Source of the DNA: Tubiluchus corallicola
Lineage: Eukaryota > Animalia > Priapulida
Reading direction: 5' to 3'
Length of the DNA stretch: 64,000 nucleotides
Assembly (NCBI GenBank): GCA_030141605.1
Contig: JAQGDQ010002391.1
Coordinates: 55,685-119,684, forward strand
A program made the translations under genes and the position numbers. Every line of letters starts with the position of its first letter. Within the stretch, counting starts at the first letter, position 1. Shown here piece by piece: positions 49,694-59,836 of this stretch. The notes beneath the pieces were generated by a model that did not search any database, had not been told where the DNA came from, and was given only the letters and a program-made list of their open reading frames with translations.

Positions 49694-50335
49694 ATGAAGA
49701 TCTCTTTAAGTAATGTTTCTATTAAAAATAATGATAGTATAGACAATTTCACATCAGAAATTTGGCAAAAAGCCATTACATTTTCATCCAATAATAACAT
49801 ATTAATAAAAGCTACATCAGGTAAAGGAAAATCTTCTCTAATAAGTTTTATCTATGGAATAAGAAGAGACTACAAAGGAGAAATAAAATACGACAATCAA
49901 AACATTAAAAATACCTCCTCTAATACTTGGACTAAATATAGAAATACTACTATCAGCATTGTATTTCAAGGGTTAAAATTATTTTCTACTCTTACCGCCT
50001 TAGAGAACGTACTCATCAAAAACAACCTTACACACTATAAAACAGAAAATGAAATATTACACCTATTTTCTGAATTAGACCTTTTGGAACACAAAAATAT
50101 TCCTGCCAGATTACTATCCTTTGGTCAACAGCAAAGAGTAGCTATTATTAGAGCTTTGTGTCAGCCTTTTTCTTTTTTATTGTTAGACGAACCTTTTAGC
50201 CATCTGGATGTAGAAATAACTAAGAGAATTTGTAAAATCATTGAACAAGAAATAGCCGAACAAAATGCTGGACTTATTTTAACCTCACTGGACGAAAAAT
50301 ACTATTTTAATTACAACAATATTTATACTCTATAG
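49694..50335 (+). CDS. ABC transporter ATP-binding protein
   Basis: ATSGKGKS, LSFGQQQRVAIIRALCQPF, LLDEPFSHLD. Confidence 0.9.
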   Translation: MKISLSNVSIKNNDSIDNFTSEIWQKAITFSSNNNILIKATSGKGKSSLISFIYGIRRDYKGEIKYDNQNIKNTSSNTWTKYRNTTISIVFQGLKLFSTLTALENVLIKNNLTHYKTENEILHLFSELDLLEHKNIPARLLSFGQQQRVAIIRALCQPFSFLLLDEPFSHLDVEITKRICKIIEQEIAEQNAGLILTSLDEKYYFNYNNIYTL

Positions 50336-50341
50336 GTACAT

Positions 50342-51538
50342 ATGTTGCTCAAAATATTAAAGCAAAATATAAGCATCAGCCAAGCAATAACAACCACAAT
50401 AAGCCTCTTAATAGGTTTTTGCATTATTCTGCTTAGTATTCAAATATTCTTTGATGTAAAGCCTCTCTTTGCTGATAAGGAAGACAGCCTCTGGGGAGAA
50501 GACTACCTTATAATAAGTAAAAAAGTATCGTTCCTCAATACTATTAGCAACAACACCGCTTCCTTTACTAATAATGAGCTGGAAACCATAAAACAACAAG
50601 ATTTTGTAGAAGGAATTGCAAAATTTATTCCCAGTCAGTTTTCGGTAAGACTATATAGCAATATCTCTGACAAATTTCCTGAATTTTATACTGACCTTTT
50701 TTTTGAAGCTATACCTGACAATTATATTGATATAAAATTAAACCAATGGAAATGGAGAGAGAACGATAGTTTTGTACCTATTGTCATTCCTAAATACTAC
50801 CTCTCATTATATAACTTTGGTTTTGCCATTAGCCAAGGCTTACCGCAGGTATCAGAAGCTACCATCAAAACTATTCCTTTACGTGTAGTAATAGAGGGGA
50901 ATAAGCAAAAAACCTCTTTGAAAAGTAGAGTTGTAGGGTTTTCTGACAGGATAAATACAATATTAGTGCCGCAGTCATTTTTGAAATGGGCAAATAATAA
51001 ATATGGTAATAAAACAACAGAAAAGTTTTCAAGGATTATTATTAAAGTAAAAAGTTCTTATCAACCAGAAATAATTGAATTTTTTGAGAAAAATAACTAT
51101 GACCTCAATAAAGAAAAATTAAAAACTGCCAAAGCCTCTTACTTCTTTAAAGTAATAAGCACAATTATTATTGCTATTGGCCTGTTGGTAACTGCTTTGG
51201 GGTTAGGAATAATGCTTCTCAGTTTCAACATTATTTTGCAAAAAAATAAAGAAAAAATTACCACACTTTTTCTCATTGGGTATAGCTTGAACAAAATAGC
51301 AATACCCTATCAACTCCTAAGTACTATTGTCAGCACCTTTGTATTTTTGCTATCCGTCCTATCCATACACTTCTTACGCGACTTCTACACATCTAAACTT
51401 GAAATGCTTCATAATACAGATTATAGTACTGGAACGGGAAACACTCTCTTATTTGGGTTCGTATTATTATTATGTATACTCACCATCAACTTTCTTTGGA
51501 CAAGAAGCAAAATAAAATCTATTATAAAGAAGGGGTAA
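50342..51538 (+). CDS. ABC transporter permease (FtsX-like)
   Basis: One TM, large extracytoplasmic loop (YNFGFA.SQGLP), three C-terminal TMs. Confidence 0.85.
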   Translation: MLLKILKQNISISQAITTTISLLIGFCIILLSIQIFFDVKPLFADKEDSLWGEDYLIISKKVSFLNTISNNTASFTNNELETIKQQDFVEGIAKFIPSQFSVRLYSNISDKFPEFYTDLFFEAIPDNYIDIKLNQWKWRENDSFVPIVIPKYYLSLYNFGFAISQGLPQVSEATIKTIPLRVVIEGNKQKTSLKSRVVGFSDRINTILVPQSFLKWANNKYGNKTTEKFSRIIIKVKSSYQPEIIEFFEKNNYDLNKEKLKTAKASYFFKVISTIIIAIGLLVTALGLGIMLLSFNIILQKNKEKITTLFLIGYSLNKIAIPYQLLSTIVSTFVFLLSVLSIHFLRDFYTSKLEMLHNTDYSTGTGNTLLFGFVLLLCILTINFLWTRSKIKSIIKKG

Positions 51539-51704
51539 AAACATTCAACTGCCAGCCAAAAAGAAGCAAACCAAACGCAATGAGCTCACCCAAAGCAATA
51601 AAAATATTTTCCTTGCTATAAAAGGGTTGTTGTCAAAATTTAAATTAGCCTGTAATCTCATCTTGTAGAAACGTACTTGTACAACCCTGCAGGTGTACTA
51701 AAAA

Positions 51705-51736
51705 GTCCTGCAAGATTTAAAAAAACCTTGCAGGAC
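51705..51736. terminator. Hairpin between convergent genes
   Basis: gtcctgcaag...cttgcaggac 10-bp stem. Confidence 0.6.
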
Positions 51737-51775
51737 AAACCTAAAAAAACCTAAAAAAAATCAACATTTAAGAGT

Positions 51776-52936
51776 TTAAGCACTAACTATTTTTCCAGTA
51801 AATATATTAACTATTGCTTTATAAAAATACCTTACATCAGTAGTAAATGGGTGTTTAATTTTGTCTTTCATATAAATTTTTTCTGCCTCTATATTTTGTC
51901 TACTATCTGGCATAATAAGTGAAACATAAGGAGGTATGCAACCCGGTTTAAATTGTATTCTTTTTTCTTGCACATCTTCTGGAAATTGGCCATATCTTAC
52001 TTGACTTACAGGCCTTACACCTACAAGATTCATTTCTCCTTTCAATACATTGATTATTTGCAATATTTCATCTAACCAATATTTCCTTAACAATTTACCC
52101 CATCTAGTAAGTCTAAAATCGTTGGCTGGTTTACCCAAATTTGTATAACCATTTCTTCTAGTAATATACTCTTGCAAGTACTCAGAATAAGCGTGCATTG
52201 TGCGTATTTTATATACATTTATCATTTTTCCATACTTGCCTATCCTTTTCATTTTAAACAATGGGCTATAAGAAGGAATAGATTTAGTTTGTGGCTCGCT
52301 CTTTTTTGAAACAACGAAAAACAAAAGATTATTAATGCTTTTAAAATCTTTAATCTCAAAACCACAATAGGCTAATCTCCCCAATAATTCTGCTTTTGAT
52401 AAGGCTATTGTTCTATTGTTAAATGCAAGGCGATACAACTTACCCAATGGCTCTACCTTTGGGCATACCCTATGTAATATAAAGTCGGCCACTCTAAATA
52501 TTTTTGCCCACAAACCTTTTTTATTTTTAACTAATCTATTTTTTCTTTCGCCTGATGTTTCTGCACAACCAACAAATGTTCCACCAAGTGCAAGTTTTTC
52601 ATTTACACTTTTGAAATATTTATTCACATTCGAAATATTATTGATTTTCTCTATACCAATAAAATTTTTCGCATCAGTATGACTAAAAATATTTATCTTC
52701 CTATAATCCGTAGTTACAAAAAGTGCTGAATGCCCTTCATTTGTATTGATAAATGGTTCTATATAATTGTAAACGGTTTCACCAAACTTCTTGGCAACAG
52801 CATCTTTGATAAGATCTGTATTGCTAATATACACATAGCCATAATTATCTGGCGAAAGATGAGATATAGATAACCTGTCTTGCTCCATTAGAGCCTCTTG
52901 GTTAATAATGTCGTATTGAATTTTGAACTCTCCCAT
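51776..52936 (-). CDS. Bacterial sugar transferase (priming phosphoglycosyl transferase domain) with N-terminal extension
   Basis: RIGKYGK..YKIRTM, DFRLTRWGKLLRKYWLDE, VLKGEMNLVGVRP, KPG. Confidence 0.88.
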   Translation of the reverse strand: MGEFKIQYDIINQEALMEQDRLSISHLSPDNYGYVYISNTDLIKDAVAKKFGETVYNYIEPFINTNEGHSALFVTTDYRKINIFSHTDAKNFIGIEKINNISNVNKYFKSVNEKLALGGTFVGCAETSGERKNRLVKNKKGLWAKIFRVADFILHRVCPKVEPLGKLYRLAFNNRTIALSKAELLGRLAYCGFEIKDFKSINNLLFFVVSKKSEPQTKSIPSYSPLFKMKRIGKYGKMINVYKIRTMHAYSEYLQEYITRRNGYTNLGKPANDFRLTRWGKLLRKYWLDEILQIINVLKGEMNLVGVRPVSQVRYGQFPEDVQEKRIQFKPGCIPPYVSLIMPDSRQNIEAEKIYMKDKIKHPFTTDVRYFYKAIVNIFTGKIVSA

Positions 52937-53051
52937 AACAACTGTTTTTTTAGGTTACTCACAGTTTTAAAAACGAGAGATGAGAGCAAAAAATAAGTGG
53001 GTTTTTAGAAAAGAAATACCACTAAAAGTCTTTAATCATAAGGTTTGCAAT

Positions 53052-53145
53052 GTTCGTCTATACTAATAAGTCATTCATAACTAAAATGAGTACGTTCGTC
53101 CTTTCGAAGGTAAGATTGACGAACTACCCGTTTTTGTAGATGAAA
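53052..53145. promoter_or_regulatory. 21-bp-periodic heptamer array, LytTR-like binding sites
   Basis: GTTCGTC 53052, ATTCATA 53073, GTTCGTC 53094; inverted GACGAAC 53118, GATGAAA 53139. Confidence 0.55.
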
Positions 53146-53392
53146 GAAATTAAGTAGTATTTTATACCTATGAAAAAATAGATATTTATTCGAAAAATTA
53201 TTTTGATTCTACTAATTTTCAGGAAATACCAACTTGTATCTTCTGCAAAAAAGACAACTATTATTTTATAGCAAGTAAAACACACATTTACTTTATGTCC
53301 TTTTGTTTATAATACATATGTGTGTAATACGTTGAGAGAGATTTCCCTAAATAACTTGCTATATCCCCAAAAATCAAGATAATATTGTAAAC

Positions 53393-53950
53393 TCAATTAA
53401 GAATATTCATTGTTCTATCTATACCCAAAGTTCCAAAATTTAATATCCCCTCTATAGCTTTGTTGATAAGTATTGGTAGTTGTTCTTGCTCCTTATCTGT
53501 CCATTTGCCAAGCACATAATCCACTTGCCGCCCTTTGGAATATTCGCTTCCTATTCCAAACCTAAGTCTTGCATAATTTGTAGTACCAAGTATTTCATTT
53601 ATGTTTTTAAGTCCATTATGTCCAGCATCACTTCCTTTTTTTCTCATTCGTATCTTTCCAAATGGCAAAGCAATATCATCCACTACAACTAAGAGGTTTT
53701 GTAACGATATTTTTTCTTTTTGCAACCAATAGTTAACAGCCTTCCCACTCAGATTAACATAAGTATTTGGCTTTAATAAGACAAATTTCCTTCCCTTATA
53801 TTTATACTCTGCATTCCAGCCATATCTTTTCTCCACAAACAAGATTTCTTTATTTTTTGCCAGATTATCTAAAATCTCAAAACCTACATTATGCCTTGTA
53901 TGCTGATATTCTTCTCCTTTATTACCTAATCCTACTATTAAATACTTCAT
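53393..53950 (-). CDS. pth: Peptidyl-tRNA hydrolase
   Basis: LIVGLGN, TRHNVGF, KPNTYVNLSG, GHNGLK. Confidence 0.97.
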   Translation of the reverse strand: MKYLIVGLGNKGEEYQHTRHNVGFEILDNLAKNKEILFVEKRYGWNAEYKYKGRKFVLLKPNTYVNLSGKAVNYWLQKEKISLQNLLVVVDDIALPFGKIRMRKKGSDAGHNGLKNINEILGTTNYARLRFGIGSEYSKGRQVDYVLGKWTDKEQEQLPILINKAIEGILNFGTLGIDRTMNILN

Positions 53951-53970
53951 AAAAGCAAGTTTAAAAACAA

Positions 53971-54005
53971 AAAGGAGAGTAAAATTTTCTCTCTTACTCT
54001 CCTTT
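53971..54005 (-). terminator. Hairpin downstream of rplY
   Basis: aaaggagagtaa...ttactctccttt with U-run on minus strand. Confidence 0.65.
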
Positions 54006-54027
54006 ATTATTATTAAATAATATAATA

Positions 54028-54669
54028 CTATTCGCTTTTTTCTTCCGTTGTTCCTTTTTCTTCTGTTGTTGTTTCAGTTCCTTCTGTTGTTTCTTCTTCA
54101 CCTTCTTCTGATACCCCACCTATTGCAGCTCTTGTCAATTTCACCGCCACTACTACTGCCGTAGGCGAGTTGAGTAGTTCTAAATTATCAAACGATAATT
54201 CCTCTACCTTAATAGCCTCACCAAGTTTAACATTGGTTACATCTATATCTAATGTATCAGGCAAATCTTTGATGAAAGCCTTTACTTTTAATCTTCTTAA
54301 AACAGTTTGTTGCTTTCCACCTGCTTTCACTCCTTCTGCCAATCCATTAAGTTTAATAGGTATTTCTATTATTACTTTTTTATCATCTACTACTTGAAAA
54401 AAGTCAGTGTGGATAATCCTATCTGTTACAGGATGAAACTGTAAATCTTGTAATATAGTTTGATATTTTTCTTTTCCTATTGTCAAGTTTATAACATATA
54501 CATTAGGAGTAAAAACTATCTTTTTTAATTGGTTCTCTTTTACTGCAAAATGCACATTTTTTTCACCTCCATATAATACGCAAGGCACTTTATCTTCTCT
54601 TCTTAGTTGTTTAGTCTCTTTTTTACCCAGTTGTTTTCTCTCTTCACCAGAGATTTCTATCGTTTTCAT
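54028..54669 (-). CDS. rplY: 50S ribosomal protein L25/Ctc
   Basis: VPCVLYGG, QFHPVTDRIIHTDF, GVKAGG. Confidence 0.96.
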   Translation of the reverse strand: MKTIEISGEERKQLGKKETKQLRREDKVPCVLYGGEKNVHFAVKENQLKKIVFTPNVYVINLTIGKEKYQTILQDLQFHPVTDRIIHTDFFQVVDDKKVIIEIPIKLNGLAEGVKAGGKQQTVLRRLKVKAFIKDLPDTLDIDVTNVKLGEAIKVEELSFDNLELLNSPTAVVVAVKLTRAAIGGVSEEGEEETTEGTETTTEEKGTTEEKSE

Positions 54670-54804
54670 TTATTATTATTTAAAAATTTGACAATACTCA
54701 AGAGTTCACTTATAAACTCCCCCATCTTATCTTAATTTAATTTATTCTCTTTTCTTGAAAGAAGAGTGCAAATATAGCCTTTTAAAATAACTTGTTGAAG
54801 TTTT

Positions 54805-55749
54805 TCAGAATAAAAATTTTGAACTAATAGACTCTAACTTGTTTATTTTATTTATTACATCTGCTAAAAGTTCTGCAGTCGATAACACTTTTATTTTACT
54901 TGGCTTTTTCTTTACCTGTATAGTATTTGTAAATATTACCTCTTCTAAAACCGAATTTTCTATACGCTCTATAGCAGGTCCTGACAGCACAGCATGAGAA
55001 GCCATTGCCCTTACTGACCTTGCACCTTTGCTCTTCATTAAGTCCGCAGCTTTTGTAATTGTGCCAGCTGTATCTATCATATCATCTACAATAATAATGT
55101 CTTTATCTTCTAAATCTCCTATTACAGACATAGAAGCCACTTCATTTGCCTTTTTTCTCGTTTTATGACAAATAACAAGTCCTGTTTTAAAATACTTAGC
55201 ATAAGAGTTGGCTCGCTTTGAGCCTCCCATATCAGGTGCTGCAAATGCAAGGTTCTGAAGTTGCATTTGTTTGATGTAAGGAACAAAAATAGACGAAGCA
55301 TAAAGGTGATCCACAGAAATATCAAAAAAACCTTGTACCTGGTCGGCATGCAGATCCATCGTAATTATTCTATCTACTCCCGCTACTGTAAGCATATTGG
55401 CTATGAGCTTTGCTCCTATAGGACAACGAGACTTATCTTTTCTATCCTGCCTTGCAAAACCAAAATAAGGTATCACTGCTACTACCTTATAGGCAGAAGA
55501 CCTTCGGGCTGCGTCTATCATCAACAATAGCTCTAAAAGATTATCCGCAGGGGGATTTGTAGACTGAACAATATATACATATGCTCCTCTTACAGTTTCT
55601 TCAAAATAAGGCTCAAACTCCCCATCAGAAAAACGTATTAAAGTAGATTCTCCCAAAGGGATATCTGTATACTTAGTTATTTCTTCTGCTAATTTTGCAG
55701 AGCCTGAACCTGCAAAAAGCTTTACAGGAATTTTATTTCTTGATGACAT
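54805..55749 (-). CDS. prs: Ribose-phosphate pyrophosphokinase
   Basis: FSDGE, PYFGFARQDRK, MDLHADQ, VDDMIDTAGT. Confidence 0.97.
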   Translation of the reverse strand: MSSRNKIPVKLFAGSGSAKLAEEITKYTDIPLGESTLIRFSDGEFEPYFEETVRGAYVYIVQSTNPPADNLLELLLMIDAARRSSAYKVVAVIPYFGFARQDRKDKSRCPIGAKLIANMLTVAGVDRIITMDLHADQVQGFFDISVDHLYASSIFVPYIKQMQLQNLAFAAPDMGGSKRANSYAKYFKTGLVICHKTRKKANEVASMSVIGDLEDKDIIIVDDMIDTAGTITKAADLMKSKGARSVRAMASHAVLSGPAIERIENSVLEEVIFTNTIQVKKKPSKIKVLSTAELLADVINKINKLESISSKFLF

Positions 55750-55891
55750 ATATGAGATAAATATTTAACGTAGAACATTTTTCTTTGCAAAAATAATAAA
55801 TATGAGCTTACATATCAATAGAATTTAAGTATTCCTTATTTAGCAATAGTTAAAAAATATTAACTTAGCTTTTGCAATAAAAAAATCAATA

Positions 55892-57046
55892 ATGAAAAAA
55901 AATAAATCAAAGAGTAAAAAAATTTGTTTTATCATACCGGGCTATGTAACAAAAAACACAGGAGGAGCAGAACTACAAGTTTATTTTCTTACAGAAGAAC
56001 TGCTAAAAAGAGGTTGGAAAGTAGAACTTATTACCTTCTATGGCAATGAAAAACAAATAAAACAAAGCCCTTACTACAACTCTAAAATAAACTACCATTA
56101 CTATAAAGAACACACTATAAGATCATTAGAATTTTGGGGTGTTCTCAAACAGCTATTTAAAACGAACTGCACTTATTATTACCAGCGCACTGATTATGCT
56201 CATACAGGAGCTGTAGCCTTATACTGCAAGTTATTTAACAAAAAAATGATATATGCACTTGCACAAGATGGAGAAACTACTAAAAACAGGTATACAAATA
56301 GCTTCAACCCTAAAAAGTATAAAAATAGAGTTAAAGCCATACTTAGAAAGACTGATTTATATTTTGTAGATAAATCTATCAACTACGGAAAACAGAAAGC
56401 ACACCTTCGTCTTAGCCAAACACAAACACAAAAAGAATTATTGCTCAAAAACTTACAATTAGATTCTACATACCTCCCCAACTCCTTCATACATAAAAGC
56501 AAGAAAAAATATTTCAAAGAAAATATTATAGTATGGGTAGCTAATTTTCGACCCGAAAAACAAGCTCATCTTTTTCTTAAACTTGCCGAAGAAACCTCGT
56601 TAAAAGATTGGAAATTCATAATGATTGGACACATAGACCAACAGCGGGATAAAATAACAATAGAAGCCATACGAAACATAAAGAAACCTAATTTTCAACA
56701 CCTTGGAGCATTGCCTTATAAAGAAGCTGAAGAATGGATACAAAAAGCCAAAATACTTCTTAACACAAGCAGTGAGGAAGGATTCTCAAATGCCTTTATA
56801 CAAGCATTCTTGTACAATACGCTTCTTATTAGTTTAACAGTAGACCCTGACAATATAATCGAGCGAGAAAATATTGGTTTCTGCTTCAATAGTCAATTTC
56901 ACGACCTAAAAAAACAGCTACCCCAAATATGTAACAACTATCAACAACATTTACCTATGATAGATAAAGCACACCAATATGCTATCCATAATTTTTCTAT
57001 AAAAAGGAATGTAAGCAAGTTAGAACAATACTTGCAAAACATATAA
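55892..57046 (+). CDS. Glycosyltransferase family 4
   Basis: GGAELQ, WVANFRPEKQ, NTSSEEGFSNAFIQA. Confidence 0.9.
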   Translation: MKKNKSKSKKICFIIPGYVTKNTGGAELQVYFLTEELLKRGWKVELITFYGNEKQIKQSPYYNSKINYHYYKEHTIRSLEFWGVLKQLFKTNCTYYYQRTDYAHTGAVALYCKLFNKKMIYALAQDGETTKNRYTNSFNPKKYKNRVKAILRKTDLYFVDKSINYGKQKAHLRLSQTQTQKELLLKNLQLDSTYLPNSFIHKSKKKYFKENIIVWVANFRPEKQAHLFLKLAEETSLKDWKFIMIGHIDQQRDKITIEAIRNIKKPNFQHLGALPYKEAEEWIQKAKILLNTSSEEGFSNAFIQAFLYNTLLISLTVDPDNIIERENIGFCFNSQFHDLKKQLPQICNNYQQHLPMIDKAHQYAIHNFSIKRNVSKLEQYLQNI

Positions 57047-57115
57047 AATATGTCTTAGAAAAGTATTAATTTTGCACATTATTATTTTTACATTTTACAA
57101 AAGTATTAATGTACT

Positions 57116-58546
57116 ATGAAAGATACTGTAATAAAAAAATGCTTTATAGTTTTAACTCTCTTTTTTGTAGGTACGCAAATTGTCCACTCCAAAGGACTTG
57201 ACCTAAAAGTAAAAGTAAGAGACTTACAAGATACCAGTATTATATTGGGATATTACTTAGGGAAACAATTCCTTGTTAAAGACACTATATACCTCAACAA
57301 AAAAGGGGAAGGCGTACTACAAAAAGATGAACCATTAAAAGGAGGGCTTTATTTTCTTTACTATGCTCCCAACTTTAAGTTAGATTTTCTACTAAGCGAT
57401 AATCAAAATTTTGAACTAATAACAGATACCCTAAAACCTTATGAGAACTTAACTATAAAAGGCAGTAAAGAAAATGAGCTTTTTAGAGACTACTCACTTT
57501 TTATGCAAGAACAATCAAAAAAGAGAAATGAAATCAATGAAAAAGCAGAAAATAACAAAGAGGACACCACCTATATAGAACAACTACGAGAAGAGTATCT
57601 AGCCGTTAATGAAGAAGTAACGGACTATTGGAACAATATTATACAAAACTATCCCAATACCTTTTTATCTACATTTATGCAAGCCTTAAAACCCATAGAT
57701 ATTCCTGAATTTGAGATTGAGGAAAACATCGTCAATAAAGATTCTGCACTATATATGAGAAAATATCTATATAAAAAACAGCATTTTTGGGACAACTTTG
57801 ATTTCTCTGAAGAAAAAATGATTAATACCCCCATACTGCAAGAGAAATTAGAAGCTTTTTTTAAAGATATGGTTGTTCAAATACCTGACAGTATAAACAA
57901 AGAAGCAGATATTCTTATAGCCAAGGCTCAAATAAATGAAGATATATTCCAATACATTATTCAATATGTATTAAATAGTGCTATTAAAAGTAAAACTATG
58001 GGAATGGATGCATCATTTGTACATATTGCTGAGAATTACTATCTGGCAGGTAAAACGCCTTGGGCAACACCTGAGCTACTTAAAAACATTAGCGAAGAAG
58101 TAGAAAAAGTAAAAGTAAACCTTATAGGTAAAACGGCTCCAGAACTCAGACTAGAAACACTAGAAGGAAGAGACATTAGACTCTCCGAAACAGATGCTGA
58201 TTTTATAGTGCTATTCTTTTGGGACCCAGAATGTGGGCATTGCAAAACATCAGCACCAGAATTACACGACAAAATATACCCCAAACTACAGAAACATAAC
58301 ATTCAAATATTCTCTATATACACACAATTGAAAAAAGAGAATTGGGAAAAGTTTCTTAAAGAAAAAGAACTTTACGATTGGATAAATGTATGGGATCCTT
58401 ACAGAGAAAGTGAATTTAGAACTAAATACAACATATATTCCACTCCTACAATATATCTACTAGACAAAGACAAAAAAATAATAGCAAAAAAAATAGACGT
58501 TGAACAGTTGGAAGAAATAGTAAAAGCATTTAGCGAAAAGGAATAA
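57116..58546 (+). CDS. Exported thioredoxin-like (TlpA/DUF5106-type) protein
   Basis: Signal peptide; HFWDNFDF; C-terminal FWDPECGHC, YNIYSTPTIYLLD. Confidence 0.87.
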   Translation: MKDTVIKKCFIVLTLFFVGTQIVHSKGLDLKVKVRDLQDTSIILGYYLGKQFLVKDTIYLNKKGEGVLQKDEPLKGGLYFLYYAPNFKLDFLLSDNQNFELITDTLKPYENLTIKGSKENELFRDYSLFMQEQSKKRNEINEKAENNKEDTTYIEQLREEYLAVNEEVTDYWNNIIQNYPNTFLSTFMQALKPIDIPEFEIEENIVNKDSALYMRKYLYKKQHFWDNFDFSEEKMINTPILQEKLEAFFKDMVVQIPDSINKEADILIAKAQINEDIFQYIIQYVLNSAIKSKTMGMDASFVHIAENYYLAGKTPWATPELLKNISEEVEKVKVNLIGKTAPELRLETLEGRDIRLSETDADFIVLFFWDPECGHCKTSAPELHDKIYPKLQKHNIQIFSIYTQLKKENWEKFLKEKELYDWINVWDPYRESEFRTKYNIYSTPTIYLLDKDKKIIAKKIDVEQLEEIVKAFSEKE

Positions 58547-58548
58547 TA

Positions 58549-59193
58549 ATGAAGACAGATGATATAAAAAGAAGACTACCTGTCAATGTAAAACTTATTG
58601 CTGTAACAAAAAAAAGAAATAGCGAAGAAATACTGAAAGTATATAATGCTGGAGTAAAAATATTTGGAGAAAGCCAAGTGCAAGAACTACTCCCAAAATA
58701 TCAACAATTTCCCAAAGACATACAATGGCACTTTATTGGACATCTGCAAACCAACAAAGTAAAATACATTGCTCCATTCATTACTCTGATTCACTCCGTA
58801 GATTCTATCAAATTGCTAAAAACTATCAACAAAGAAGCTGAAAAATGCAATAGAACTATAGATGTTTTATTACAATTACACATAGCAGAAGAGCAAACAA
58901 AATACGGCTTTAAGATACAGGAGATAAATAACATTATTACAAACAATAACTTAGAGAAATTGCAAAATATAAGAATAGTTGGAGTAATGGGTATGGCAAC
59001 CAATACCAACAATTCAGAGCAAGTAAAAAATGAATTTAAAACTCTAAAAGAAACATTCTTACAACTTAAAAAAAACTTGTTCCAAAACAATGCACATTTT
59101 ACTGAAATTTCAATGGGAATGTCTCGCGACTACAAAATAGCTTTACAAGAAGGTTCTACAATGGTCAGAATAGGAACTGTCTTATTCAACTAA
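58549..59193 (+). CDS. yggS: PLP homeostasis protein (YggS family)
   Basis: LIAVTK, WHFIGHLQTNKVK, SMGMSRDY, GSTMVRIGT. Confidence 0.95.
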   Translation: MKTDDIKRRLPVNVKLIAVTKKRNSEEILKVYNAGVKIFGESQVQELLPKYQQFPKDIQWHFIGHLQTNKVKYIAPFITLIHSVDSIKLLKTINKEAEKCNRTIDVLLQLHIAEEQTKYGFKIQEINNIITNNNLEKLQNIRIVGVMGMATNTNNSEQVKNEFKTLKETFLQLKKNLFQNNAHFTEISMGMSRDYKIALQEGSTMVRIGTVLFN

Positions 59194-59200
59194 GATTGAA

Positions 59201-59836
59201 ATGCAAATAAAAGAACGATACAAAGGAATAATAGATTACTTTAAGAAACATCAACCTGTTGCAGAAACTGAACTGAACTACGATACCCCTTTTCAGCTGC
59301 TTGTAGCAGTCATACTATCAGCTCAATGCACAGACAAAAGAGTAAATATGATAACCCCTGCTCTTTTTAAACCTTATCCCACTCCTGATACTATGGCATT
59401 AGCACAAGTAGAGGACATTTTTGAGTATATAAAATCCATTTCCTACCCCAACAACAAAGCCAAGCACCTTTCCGCAATGTCTAAAATGCTGGTAAAAGAC
59501 TTCAACAGCCAAATTCCTAGCGATGTAAAAGAACTCCAGAAACTACAAGGTGTAGGACGAAAATCTGCTAATGTTATTGCTTCTGTTATCTACAATCAAC
59601 CTGTAATGGCAGTAGATACACATGTTTTTCGTGTATCTGCACGCATAGGTTTGACCCGAAATGCAAAAACCCCCTTAGACACAGAAAAACAGCTGGTAAA
59701 ACACATACCCAAAAAATATATAGCCACAGCACACCACTGGCTTATACTACATGGAAGGTATATTTGTCTGTCGAGAAAACCCAAATGTATGGAATGTGGT
59801 ATTACCTTATATTGTAGGTATTTTGAAAAATTATAA
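59201..59836 (+). CDS. nth: Endonuclease III
   Basis: LLVAVILSAQCTD, GVGRKSANV, AVDTHVFRV, C..RKPKC..C.....C. Confidence 0.97.
   Translation: MQIKERYKGIIDYFKKHQPVAETELNYDTPFQLLVAVILSAQCTDKRVNMITPALFKPYPTPDTMALAQVEDIFEYIKSISYPNNKAKHLSAMSKMLVKDFNSQIPSDVKELQKLQGVGRKSANVIASVIYNQPVMAVDTHVFRVSARIGLTRNAKTPLDTEKQLVKHIPKKYIATAHHWLILHGRYICLSRKPKCMECGITLYCRYFEKL

Noticed and set aside
51540-51700. Hydrophobic minus-strand frame (NIFIALGELIAFGLLLFGW) and REP-like gtag hairpin fragments
   Set aside because: No start codon, no family recognised, and no convincing second copy
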